Notes under the pieces: generated by a model | Seen by the model: the letters and a program-made list of their open reading frames with translations, nothing else | Databases searched by the model: none | What the model was told of the DNA's origin: nothing | Part shown: piece by piece, positions 10,443-18,121 of the stretch | Numbering within the stretch: position 1 is the first letter of the stretch | Layout: each line of letters opens with the position of its first letter | Position numbers and translations under genes: made by a program | NCBI GenBank assembly: GCA_045639185.1 | Contig: JAZUCO010000115.1 | Location: 17,573 to 81,572, forward strand | Origin: Acutalibacteraceae bacterium | GTDB taxonomy: Bacteria; Bacillota; Clostridia; Oscillospirales; Acutalibacteraceae | Direction: 5' to 3' | Length of the DNA: 64,000 nucleotides

Positions 10443-10477
10443 GGAAGGCGGAGAGGATTATCTTTTCCGCCTTTTTA
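10443..10477 (+). terminator. Rho-independent terminator after rpmF
   Basis: ggaaggcgga...ttccgcctt stem followed by TTTTT. Confidence 0.65.
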
Positions 10478-10503
10478 GTGTTGTTTGCATTGGAGGTTAA
10501 GTC

Positions 10504-11805
10504 TTGGCTGTGAAGATTCAGAAAGTTAATCCGGATTCTCTCTGCGGTAAAAAAGGTGTTACTGCGGGGTATGTTTTGCTGTCTGTAAACGGTCACGACA
10601 TTAACGATGTTCTTGATTACAGATTTTATGCAAACTCCAGAAGAATTAATGTTGTTTTTGAAACTCCTGATGGTGAAATAGTAAGCTATCGTTTCAAATC
10701 AACTCTGAATGTTGATGAATTAGGTCTTGAGTTTGAAACTTATCTAATGGATCAGCAACACTCATGCAAAAATAAGTGTATTTTTTGTTTTATCGATCAG
10801 ATGCCGCATGGTATGCGTGAAAGTCTTTATTTCAAAGATGATGATTCACGTTTATCTTTCTTTTTCGGTAATTATGTTACACTTACTAATATGACAGAAA
10901 AAGATATAGACAGGCTTATTGAAATGCATATTTCACCTGTTAATATTTCTGTGCATACAATGAATCCTGAACTCAGAGTTCAGATGATGAAAAATCCTAA
11001 TTCAGGTAAAGTATTATCTTATATTAACAAACTTGCTGATGCTGATATTGAGATTAATGCACAGCTTGTTTTGTGTCCCGGTTACAATGATGGAGATGAA
11101 TTGCTTTATTCTCTTAATAAGCTTGCAGAAATAGGCAAGGCTATTGTTTCTGTTGCTGCTGTTCCTGTCGGACTTACTAAGCACAGAGACGGTCTTTGTA
11201 AACTTCACGGATACGATAAAGCTACTGCAGGGGAAGTTATTGATATAATTGACAGATTTAATTCAGACCATTATGAGAAATTCGGTAGAAATTTCTGTTA
11301 TGCGGCTGACGAATTTTATCTTAAGGCCGAGAGAAACCTTCCTGATTATGAATATTATGATGATTTCAGACAGCTTGATAATGGTGTAGGTATGTGGCGT
11401 GATACAGAAACTCTGTTTCTCGACGCTTTGAGTGAAATCAATACTTGTTCTGATGAAAAAGTTGCTCTCATTACCGGTGTTGCAGCATCACCTCTGATGA
11501 AAGAGCTTGCGCATGCTTTCATACGGAAATTTCCCTCAAAAACAGTTGATGTGTTCACTATCGTTAATGACTTTTTTGGTCATTCTGTAACTGTGGCAGG
11601 CCTTGTTATTGCTACGGATATAATTAATCAGGTCAAGGATTTATCAGCGTATGATAAAGCTCTGATTCCGGATGTTATGCTAAAAAGCCATGATGAAAAA
11701 ATCTTTCTTGATGACGTTTCACTTGATGAATTGTCAGAGAAATTAAATGTGAAAATAATTCCGGTGTCTGACTCAGGTTCAGACCTGTTATATAAAATGA
11801 TGTAA
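10504..11805 (+). CDS. DUF512 / PDZ-radical SAM-like protein
   Basis: 433 aa with an N-terminal PDZ-like region and a CKNKCIFC cysteine motif. It sits directly upstream of der, as in many Clostridia. Non-ATG start (TTG 10504 or GTG 10510). Confidence 0.75.
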   Translation: MAVKIQKVNPDSLCGKKGVTAGYVLLSVNGHDINDVLDYRFYANSRRINVVFETPDGEIVSYRFKSTLNVDELGLEFETYLMDQQHSCKNKCIFCFIDQMPHGMRESLYFKDDDSRLSFFFGNYVTLTNMTEKDIDRLIEMHISPVNISVHTMNPELRVQMMKNPNSGKVLSYINKLADADIEINAQLVLCPGYNDGDELLYSLNKLAEIGKAIVSVAAVPVGLTKHRDGLCKLHGYDKATAGEVIDIIDRFNSDHYEKFGRNFCYAADEFYLKAERNLPDYEYYDDFRQLDNGVGMWRDTETLFLDALSEINTCSDEKVALITGVAASPLMKELAHAFIRKFPSKTVDVFTIVNDFFGHSVTVAGLVIATDIINQVKDLSAYDKALIPDVMLKSHDEKIFLDDVSLDELSEKLNVKIIPVSDSGSDLLYKMM

Positions 11806-11826
11806 AAAAATAGGGGAGTGTGAAAA

Positions 11827-13155
11827 TTGAGTAAACCTATTGTTGCTGTTGTAGGTAGACCTAATGTAGGCAAGTCTACACTTTTCAATAAGCTTTGCGG
11901 AAAAAGGCTTTCTATTGTTGATGATACTCCAGGTGTAACAAGAGACCGAATTTTCGGTGATTGCGAGTGGCTTAATAAAAGCTTTCTTCTTGTTGATACC
12001 GGTGGTATTGAGCCTCATTCAGATGATATTATTCTCTCTCAGATGAGAAGACAGGCTCAGATTGCTATTGGCAGTGCAGATGTTATTATTTTTGTTACAG
12101 ATATTAAAACAGGTGTTGTTGCTACAGACGAGGACGTTGCAACTATGCTTCTCAAGAGCGGTAAACCTATTGTTCTTGCAGTTAATAAGTGTGATACTGT
12201 TGGTGCTCCTCCCGTTGAACTTTATGAATTTTATAATCTTGGTCTTGGTGATCCTATTCCTGTTTCTGCAGCTCACGGTCACGGAACAGGTGATCTGCTT
12301 GATGAAGTTTATAAGTATATTGGTGATGTAGCAGAAGAAACTGAAGAAGATGACAGAATCAAGGTTGCTATTATAGGCAAACCCAATGTAGGCAAATCTT
12401 CTCTTGTAAATGCGATCTGCGGTGAAGAACGTGTTATCGTTTCAAATATTGCAGGTACAACACGTGATGCAACAGATACTGAAGTTGAAAATGAACACGG
12501 AAAATTCCTTCTTATTGATACTGCAGGTCTCCGCAGAAAATCAAAAGTTGATGATACTATCGAAAAATACTCTGTTATGAGAGCTGTTATGGCTGTGCAG
12601 AGAGCAGAAGTATGTGTTATTATGATCGACGGTACAGTCGGTTTTACAGAACAGGATTCAAAGGTTGCAGGTATTGCACACGAAGAAGGCAAGGCTTGTA
12701 TTATTGTAGTTAATAAATGGGATGCTGTTGAAAAAGACGGCAAGACTATGGATGCATACCGTAAAAAGCTTATGAATGACTTTTCATTTATGTCTTATGC
12801 TCCTATTATCTTTATTTCAGCAAAGACAGGTCTTCGTATCAACAGACTTTTTGAACTTATCAAGTTCGTTGATACACAGAATGCTATGAGAATCAGAACT
12901 GGTCGTCTTAATGAAGTTCTTGCTGATGCTCAGACACGTGTTCAGCCCCCCACAGATAAGGGTAAGAGACTCAAGATTTATTATATGACTCAGCCTTCAA
13001 CAAGACCGCCAACATTTGTTTGTTTTGTAAACAACAGAGAACTTTTCCATTACAGCTATCAGCGTTATATTGACAATCAAATTCGAGAAGTTTTCGGTCT
13101 TGAAGGTACTCCTACAAGATATATCGTCCGTGAACGTGGCGATGATAAAGATTGA
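11827..13155 (+). CDS. der: Ribosome biogenesis GTPase Der (EngA)
   Basis: Two tandem GTPase domains (GRPNVGKST...DTGG...NKCD and GKPNVGKSS...DTAG...NKWD) plus a KH-like C-terminus. TTG start. Confidence 0.95.
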   Translation: MSKPIVAVVGRPNVGKSTLFNKLCGKRLSIVDDTPGVTRDRIFGDCEWLNKSFLLVDTGGIEPHSDDIILSQMRRQAQIAIGSADVIIFVTDIKTGVVATDEDVATMLLKSGKPIVLAVNKCDTVGAPPVELYEFYNLGLGDPIPVSAAHGHGTGDLLDEVYKYIGDVAEETEEDDRIKVAIIGKPNVGKSSLVNAICGEERVIVSNIAGTTRDATDTEVENEHGKFLLIDTAGLRRKSKVDDTIEKYSVMRAVMAVQRAEVCVIMIDGTVGFTEQDSKVAGIAHEEGKACIIVVNKWDAVEKDGKTMDAYRKKLMNDFSFMSYAPIIFISAKTGLRINRLFELIKFVDTQNAMRIRTGRLNEVLADAQTRVQPPTDKGKRLKIYYMTQPSTRPPTFVCFVNNRELFHYSYQRYIDNQIREVFGLEGTPTRYIVRERGDDKD

Positions 13156-13260
13156 TTATTATTTAGGCAGGTGGACAAAATGATGAAGAATCTTAACATC
13201 CGAAATTGGAGAGTCGTTTTGTCCGTTTGCGATTGATACAATATCTTTCTTAACTTACAG

Positions 13261-13293
13261 GCATCTCCGTATTCTCGGAGGTGCTTATTTTTT
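13261..13293 (+). terminator. Rho-independent terminator after der
   Basis: gcatctccg/cggaggtgc stem (one G-U pair) followed by TTATTTTTT. Confidence 0.75.
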
Positions 13294-13307
13294 AATTAGG
13301 AAGCATA

Positions 13308-13808
13308 ATGAATATGAAAAAAGTAATAATTATAGGTTGCCCGGGTAGCGGAAAAAGCACATTTGCAAGAATGTTGGCAGAAAAAACAGGCTTGCCGCTT
13401 CATTATCTTGATATGATGTATTGGAATGCTGACAAAACAACAGTCGGAAAGGATGTATTCCGTCAGAGGCTTAATGAAGTGTTGCAGTCCGAAAAATGGA
13501 TAATTGACGGTAATTACGGTTCGACAATGGAAATGAGAATGGCTGTCTGTGATACTGTTTTTTTCCTTGATTTTGATGCTGAAACCTGTCTGCAGGGTAT
13601 AAAAGACCGTATCGGCAAGGTTCGCCCTGATATGCCGTGGATAGAAACAGAGGAGGATGCAGAATTTCTTGATTTTGTAAGAAATTATAACTCCGACAGT
13701 CGTCCGATGGTGCTTGAATTGCTGAATAAATATAACGATAAAAATATAATTGTATTCAGTAGCAGAAAAGAAACAGAGAAATTCAAAACACTGATGAAGA
13801 GGATATAA
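13308..13808 (+). CDS. P-loop NMP-kinase-like protein (adenylate kinase / topology-modulation FlaR-like family)
   Basis: 166 aa. GCPGSGKSTFAR Walker A at the N-terminus and a WIIDGNY motif. Same size and layout as COG0563-type kinases. Confidence 0.75.
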   Translation: MNMKKVIIIGCPGSGKSTFARMLAEKTGLPLHYLDMMYWNADKTTVGKDVFRQRLNEVLQSEKWIIDGNYGSTMEMRMAVCDTVFFLDFDAETCLQGIKDRIGKVRPDMPWIETEEDAEFLDFVRNYNSDSRPMVLELLNKYNDKNIIVFSSRKETEKFKTLMKRI

Positions 13809-13811
13809 AAA

Positions 13812-14294
13812 ATGAAAATTGCAGTTTTGGGTTATGCCGGAAGTGGTAAGACATATATGTCTGATTACATAGCACAAAAGAAAAATATTCCTGTCCTGCA
13901 TCTTGATGATATCAAGTGGGACAAGGAATGGAAGTCTATTGATGATTCAGCTGTTTTGCCTGTAGTGGCAGACTTTATGAATAACGATAATTGGATAATT
14001 GACGGATACTATAAATATCTTTTGATTGATGAAAGGCTTGAAGCTGCTGATAAAATTATCATATTGCAGCTGCCTCGTTTGACTTGTTTTTACCGTGCTA
14101 TTAAACGTTCAAAAGTCAGAAAAGCTATGGGCTATGTTAATGATATGAATTCGTGGTTTGTTAAGTTTCTGTTATTCGGTTGCAGAGATAAAGAACGAAG
14201 AAATTTTTATAAAGAAATAGCAGGGGAGTATAAAAGTAAAATACTTATTCTTAAAACAAAAAGACAGGTTGATGAATTTCTCAAAACCATATAA
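13812..14294 (+). CDS. Second P-loop NMP-kinase-like protein (FlaR-like paralogue)
   Basis: 160 aa with GYAGSGKTY Walker A and WIIDGYY. It starts 3 nt after the preceding stop. Confidence 0.75.
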   Translation: MKIAVLGYAGSGKTYMSDYIAQKKNIPVLHLDDIKWDKEWKSIDDSAVLPVVADFMNNDNWIIDGYYKYLLIDERLEAADKIIILQLPRLTCFYRAIKRSKVRKAMGYVNDMNSWFVKFLLFGCRDKERRNFYKEIAGEYKSKILILKTKRQVDEFLKTI

Positions 14295-14305
14295 TGGAGC
14301 TTATT

Positions 14306-15061
14306 ATGAATGAATATCTTAAAAATCTCAACAGAATAGAGTTTGTTATAACAATGGCCTGCACGGGAAAGTGTAAGCATTGTTCGCAAGGGGAGCATAA
14401 AAGCAATGAAAATATCGATAAAGCATTTGCTGCAGATGCCGTCCGCAAAATTGCAGAAAAATACAACATAAAATCTGTTATGACCTTCGGCGGTGAGCCT
14501 TTGCTTTATCCCGAAACTGTTTTTGCAATACATAATGCTGCAAAGGATATGTATATTCCTCACAGACAGCTTATAACAAATGGCTATTTCAGCAAAGATA
14601 TAAATCAAATTAAATCAGTAACCGAAATGCTGTCTGAATGTGGTGTGAATGATATTCTGTTATCTGTAGATGCATTTCATCAGGAAACTATTCCTATTCA
14701 ATATGTAAAATTATTTGCTGAAAATGTAGTTAAGAACAATCTATCGATAAGAGCTCATCCTGCATGGCTTGTAAGTGCAGATGATGGCAATAAATATAAT
14801 GAAAATACACAAGAATTGCTTTCTGAATTCTCAGCAATGGGCATTGAAGCAAGTGAAGGTAATGTGATATTCCCTGGCGGAAATGCTTTGAAGTATTTAG
14901 GTGAATATTTTGACTTAAACAATACCGAGCAAAATCCGTATTTGGAAGATCCTGAAGATATAAAAGTGATTTGTTTCAGCGCAAACGGAGATATTCTCGG
15001 AAGTAATGTGTATAATCAAGATATTTATGAGATATTATCATCTTATAATCCGAATGGATAA
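14306..15061 (+). CDS. Small radical SAM protein, function unknown
   Basis: CTGKCKHC (CX3CX2C) near the N-terminus and a GGEPLL motif. ATG 14306 follows GGAG; the alternative ATG 14294 overlaps the upstream stop. Confidence 0.75.
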   Translation: MNEYLKNLNRIEFVITMACTGKCKHCSQGEHKSNENIDKAFAADAVRKIAEKYNIKSVMTFGGEPLLYPETVFAIHNAAKDMYIPHRQLITNGYFSKDINQIKSVTEMLSECGVNDILLSVDAFHQETIPIQYVKLFAENVVKNNLSIRAHPAWLVSADDGNKYNENTQELLSEFSAMGIEASEGNVIFPGGNALKYLGEYFDLNNTEQNPYLEDPEDIKVICFSANGDILGSNVYNQDIYEILSSYNPNG

Positions 15062-15091
15062 TTTTATTGAAATGTATGTATTTTTGTTTTA

Positions 15092-15280
15092 TTAAATATT
15101 GATTCCGTCTATATATACCGGCAAATCAGTTTGAAAAATAGGCTTATTATCTTTTGCTTTTCTTTTTGCTTGCAAATATTGTTTTTGCGTAATAACATAG
15201 AATCTGTTATCACATAACAAAGCAAAAACATATCCTAAGGGTGGTGATGTTTTTGAGTATCCGTAACTTATACGCTGCAT
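15092..15280 (-). CDS. Hypothetical small protein (62 aa)
   Basis: AAGGAG lies 7 nt upstream of the ATG, and a TTGCAA-17-ATATAT promoter-like sequence lies further upstream. I recognise no family. Confidence 0.35.
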   Translation of the reverse strand: MQRISYGYSKTSPPLGYVFALLCDNRFYVITQKQYLQAKRKAKDNKPIFQTDLPVYIDGINI

Positions 15281-15370
15281 ATAATTTCTCCTTATTTATT
15301 ATATATAATAATAAGTTTCGAATTTGCAAAATGTAACACTTTTTAATAAAATATTTTATTTTGTACAAAT

Positions 15371-15399
15371 AAAAAAACCGTTCAAATATGAACGGTTTT
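15371..15399 (-). terminator. Terminator hairpin after tRNA-Arg (A/T-flanked, potentially bidirectional)
   Basis: aaccgttca/tgaacggtt stem flanked by an A7 run and a T5 run. Confidence 0.6.
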
Positions 15400-15476
15400 T
15401 GGCGCGCCGGAAGGGACTCGAACCCCTGACCTACTGGTTCGTAGCCAGTCACTCTATCCAACTGAGCTACCGGCGC
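15400..15476 (-). tRNA. tRNA-Arg (anticodon ACG)
   Basis: The reverse complement GCGCCGGTAGCTCAGTTGGATAGAGTGACTGGCTACGAACCAGTAGGTCAGGGGTTCGAGTCCCTTCCGGCGCGCCA folds as a cloverleaf. Anticodon loop is CUACGAA. CCA is encoded. Confidence 0.9.
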
Positions 15477-15611
15477 AGTTCTCTAATGCCTTAATATATT
15501 ACCACTACTGAAGACAAATGTCAATACCAATTTTGAAAAAATATGACACAATTTTTGTTATTATAATTGAAATTGATTTGTATATATGTTATTATTACAA
15601 AGGTGATTATT

Positions 15612-16466
15612 ATGTCAACTCAGAAGACAGTTGCCGCAATTCACGACATATCGGGAATGGGCAAGTGTTCACTTACTGCGGCTATTCCTGTTTTGTCAGC
15701 TGCGGGTGTTTCAGTATCAGTTATGCCGACTGCCGTTCTGTCAACTCAAACCGGTGGTCTTAATGAATATACCTATCGTGACCTTACTGACGATATGCGA
15801 CCTGTTATGGCTCATTGGAAGAAAATCGGAGTAAAATTTGATGCTGTATATAGTGGCTTTCTCGGTTCATCAGAACAGATAGACATAGTATGTGATTTTG
15901 TTAGTGACTTCAGACATAATAACACATTGTTCCTCTGTGATCCTGCGATGGCAGATAACGGTAGATTATATGATACATTTGATAATACATTTGTTCAGAA
16001 AATGAAATCATTATGTGCAAATGCCGATATTATCATCCCTAATTTCACAGAAGCGGCTTTTTTGCTTGATATGGATTATCTTCCCCCTCCGTATACAAAA
16101 GAGTATGCAGACGTTCTTATGCGGTCTTTGGCGGATAAATTTTGTTCTAAGTTTGTTGTGCTTACCGGTGTTGACTTCGACGGTGAATCTGTCGGCGCAG
16201 GTGCATATGATGCAGAAAATGATGTAATAACTTATTCTCTTTCTGATAAAATAGACGGAATGTTTCATTCAACAGGAGATTTGTTTGCCTCTTCTCTTCT
16301 TGGTGGCATTCTAAATGGTTATTCTGTAAATGATGCTTGCAAAAAAGCTATTGATTTTACTGTGAATGCAATAAAAGAAACTGTCAAAATCGGTGGAGAT
16401 TCAAGATTCGGTCTTGCTTTCGAACGTTGTCTGCCGATGTATATGAAAAGTCTGGAGTTAATATAA
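15612..16466 (+). CDS. pdxK: Pyridoxal/pyridoxamine kinase
   Basis: IHDISGMGKCSLTAAIPVLSAAG N-terminus and a ribokinase-like C-terminus (HSTGDLFAS). ATG 15612 is preceded by AGGTGA. Confidence 0.8.
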   Translation: MSTQKTVAAIHDISGMGKCSLTAAIPVLSAAGVSVSVMPTAVLSTQTGGLNEYTYRDLTDDMRPVMAHWKKIGVKFDAVYSGFLGSSEQIDIVCDFVSDFRHNNTLFLCDPAMADNGRLYDTFDNTFVQKMKSLCANADIIIPNFTEAAFLLDMDYLPPPYTKEYADVLMRSLADKFCSKFVVLTGVDFDGESVGAGAYDAENDVITYSLSDKIDGMFHSTGDLFASSLLGGILNGYSVNDACKKAIDFTVNAIKETVKIGGDSRFGLAFERCLPMYMKSLELI

Positions 16467-16963
16467 TGTCTGTACTCAATATTGTGCTTATAGAACCTGA
16501 AATTCCTCAGAATACAGGTAATATTGCCCGTACTTGTGCTGCAACCGGAGCAAGACTTCATCTTGTTGAGCCTATGGGATTTAAGATTGATGATAAGAAA
16601 TTAAAAAGAGCAGGACTTGATTATTGGTATCTGCTTGATATAACTTATTATAAAGATACTGACGACTTTTTTGAAAGAAACAAGGGTGGCAAATTCTTTT
16701 ATTTTTCAACTAAAGCTGACAAGACATATGCTGATGTTGATTATCCGGATAATTCTTATCTTGTATTCGGTAAGGAAACTAAAGGTTTGCCTGAAAAATT
16801 ACTTTATGAAAATCACGATACAACAGTGAGAATTCCGATGGTTGATGAGGCTAGAAGCCTTAATCTTTCAAATGCTGTTGCTGTTGGTGTTTATGAAGTA
16901 CTTCGTCAGTGGAATTTTCCCGAGTTGATAGAGAAAGGTAAATTAAGAGAATTTGAGTGGTAA
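16466..16963 (+). CDS. trmL: tRNA (cytidine/uridine-2'-O)-methyltransferase TrmL (SpoU family)
   Basis: LIEPEIPQNTGNIARTCAATG, FGKETKGLP and SLNLSNAVAV motifs. The start overlaps the pdxK stop. Confidence 0.85.
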   Translation: MSVLNIVLIEPEIPQNTGNIARTCAATGARLHLVEPMGFKIDDKKLKRAGLDYWYLLDITYYKDTDDFFERNKGGKFFYFSTKADKTYADVDYPDNSYLVFGKETKGLPEKLLYENHDTTVRIPMVDEARSLNLSNAVAVGVYEVLRQWNFPELIEKGKLREFEW

Positions 16964-16966
16964 AAT

Positions 16967-17815
16967 ATGATGTCACTTATGAAATTTATAACAGTATTTG
17001 ATGATGAAAAACAAAAATTACTGTCTTATGATATTCTTAAAACGTATTCAATTTCTGCTTATCCGTCTGCTTATTATAATGATAAAAGAGCATATATAGA
17101 TGTTCTCGGTACTAATTCTATAAAGTATTTTGAGCATCTTAATGAATTTGAAAATCTTACGGGACCTACAATTCCTGTTTCTGTTTTTCAGCATGCAATA
17201 GATAAAGCTTATGAAAATGGTTATCATGTTGTGGTAATTGTTTGTCCATTCAGAAAATGGCAACCTCAGTATTACCGTAATGCTATGATTGCTGCTGAAA
17301 ATTTCAGAAGACACATAGATGTAGATCACACAACTTTTAAGATTTGTGTTATTGACAGCAAGGCTTTTGCCGCAGGTTGTTTGTACTTTACATTGCAGCT
17401 TGCAAGACTGCATGTCAATGACGGTTGTCCGACTGGAATTGTTCTTGAAGACAGTAAAAATTTTGACAGCAAAACAATTTATCTTACAAAATCCGGTGAG
17501 AAATTCGGTTTTGAAAATGGCAAATTTGCGGCATTCAGAACTTTTGGCAAACGCTTTTATACAGACATAGATATTTCCGAATCAACTGAATATGTCAAGC
17601 TTGATAATTTTGCAAAAGCTTGTGCTAAATATATTAAAAACATAGGCGGCAAATATTGTGTCTCTGTTGGTGGTGGTTGTAGTTTTTCGGGGAATGTGAT
17701 AGGCAGAATAGAAAAGATTTTAGGGTATCCTCCTATAGCAACAATGCAGTATTCCACAACATCTGCTGCAATTCTCGGCCTTGAAACTATATGTATTCAT
17801 ATTTTTAGCAAATGA
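16967..17815 (+). CDS. Divergent DegV-like protein
   Basis: 282 aa. The central ICVIDSKAFAAGCLYFTLQLARL segment and overall length resemble the DegV fold, but the canonical N-terminal DS(T/S)xDL motif is not evident. Confidence 0.45.
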   Translation: MMSLMKFITVFDDEKQKLLSYDILKTYSISAYPSAYYNDKRAYIDVLGTNSIKYFEHLNEFENLTGPTIPVSVFQHAIDKAYENGYHVVVIVCPFRKWQPQYYRNAMIAAENFRRHIDVDHTTFKICVIDSKAFAAGCLYFTLQLARLHVNDGCPTGIVLEDSKNFDSKTIYLTKSGEKFGFENGKFAAFRTFGKRFYTDIDISESTEYVKLDNFAKACAKYIKNIGGKYCVSVGGGCSFSGNVIGRIEKILGYPPIATMQYSTTSAAILGLETICIHIFSK

Positions 17816-17947
17816 ATTGTTATATAAATGTTACATAATTGAAAAAAAATTAATTTTTTTATGTTTTAGCTATTGCAATATTTGTATAATATGTTATTAT
17901 ATATACAAGATTATTATCTTAAAAATGTGTAAAGGAGTGCCTGAACA

Positions 17948-18046
17948 ATGGAAATCATCCAGAAGCTTTACGATTTCATCATGAACTTTATCAACATGAT
18001 CAAGAACTTTGTTGCAGAAGTTAGATCAAGAAACGACGAGAGATAA
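17948..18046 (+). CDS. Unannotated 32-aa amphipathic peptide MEIIQKLYDFIMNFINMIKNFVAEVRSRNDER
   Basis: AAAGGAG lies 9 nt upstream of ATG 17948. TATAAT at 17885-17890. A strong terminator lies 12 nt after the stop. All five Ile codons are ATC and all four Asn codons are AAC, in an AT-rich genome. Confidence 0.6.
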   Translation: MEIIQKLYDFIMNFINMIKNFVAEVRSRNDER

Positions 18047-18058
18047 TTCTCAATAAGT

Positions 18059-18088
18059 GACCGACTTTTTAAGTCGGTCCTTTTTTTT
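18059..18088 (+). terminator. Rho-independent terminator of the 32-aa peptide gene
   Basis: gaccgactt/aagtcggtc stem followed by T8. Confidence 0.8.
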
Positions 18089-18090
18089 GA

Positions 18091-18121
18091 TAAAAAAGGA
18101 AGCCTGAATAATCAGGCTTCC
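18091..18121 (-). terminator. Rho-independent terminator of the GT-C/GT2 operon
   Basis: ggaagcctga/tcaggcttcc stem overlapping the stop codon. On the minus strand it is followed by UUUUUUA. Confidence 0.7.

Noticed and set aside
12309-12743. 144-aa minus-strand ORF and other short ORFs inside der
   Set aside because: They are antisense or off-frame to der, whose two GTPase domains are unambiguous.
13180-13236. 18-codon mini-ORF MMKNLNIRNWRVVLSVCD with a GGTGG upstream, between der and its terminator
   Set aside because: It is very short and has no supporting feature beyond a weak SD. It lies inside a ggacaaaa/ttttgtcc inverted repeat and could equally be structural 3'-UTR. It cannot be supported from sequence alone.
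13296-13901. 201-aa ORF on the minus strand in the ORF track
   Set aside because: It is entirely antisense to the two plus-strand P-loop genes, which have clear Walker A motifs and RBSs. Its translation is low-complexity (F/I/C/H-rich) with no motif or RBS.
14306-15061. Calling the radical SAM protein a prokaryotic viperin
   Set aside because: Only the generic CX3CX2C and GGEPLL motifs are present. The viperin-type CNYKCGFC-FHT context and C-terminal extension are not visible. Kept as an analogy in the findings, not as an annotation.
17821-17870. A8-TTAA-T7 palindrome (aaaaaaaattaattttttt) upstream of the 32-aa peptide gene
   Set aside because: It is pure A/T and would form no stable hairpin. 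It is most likely an AT-rich UP-element-like spacer, and no specific function can be supported.
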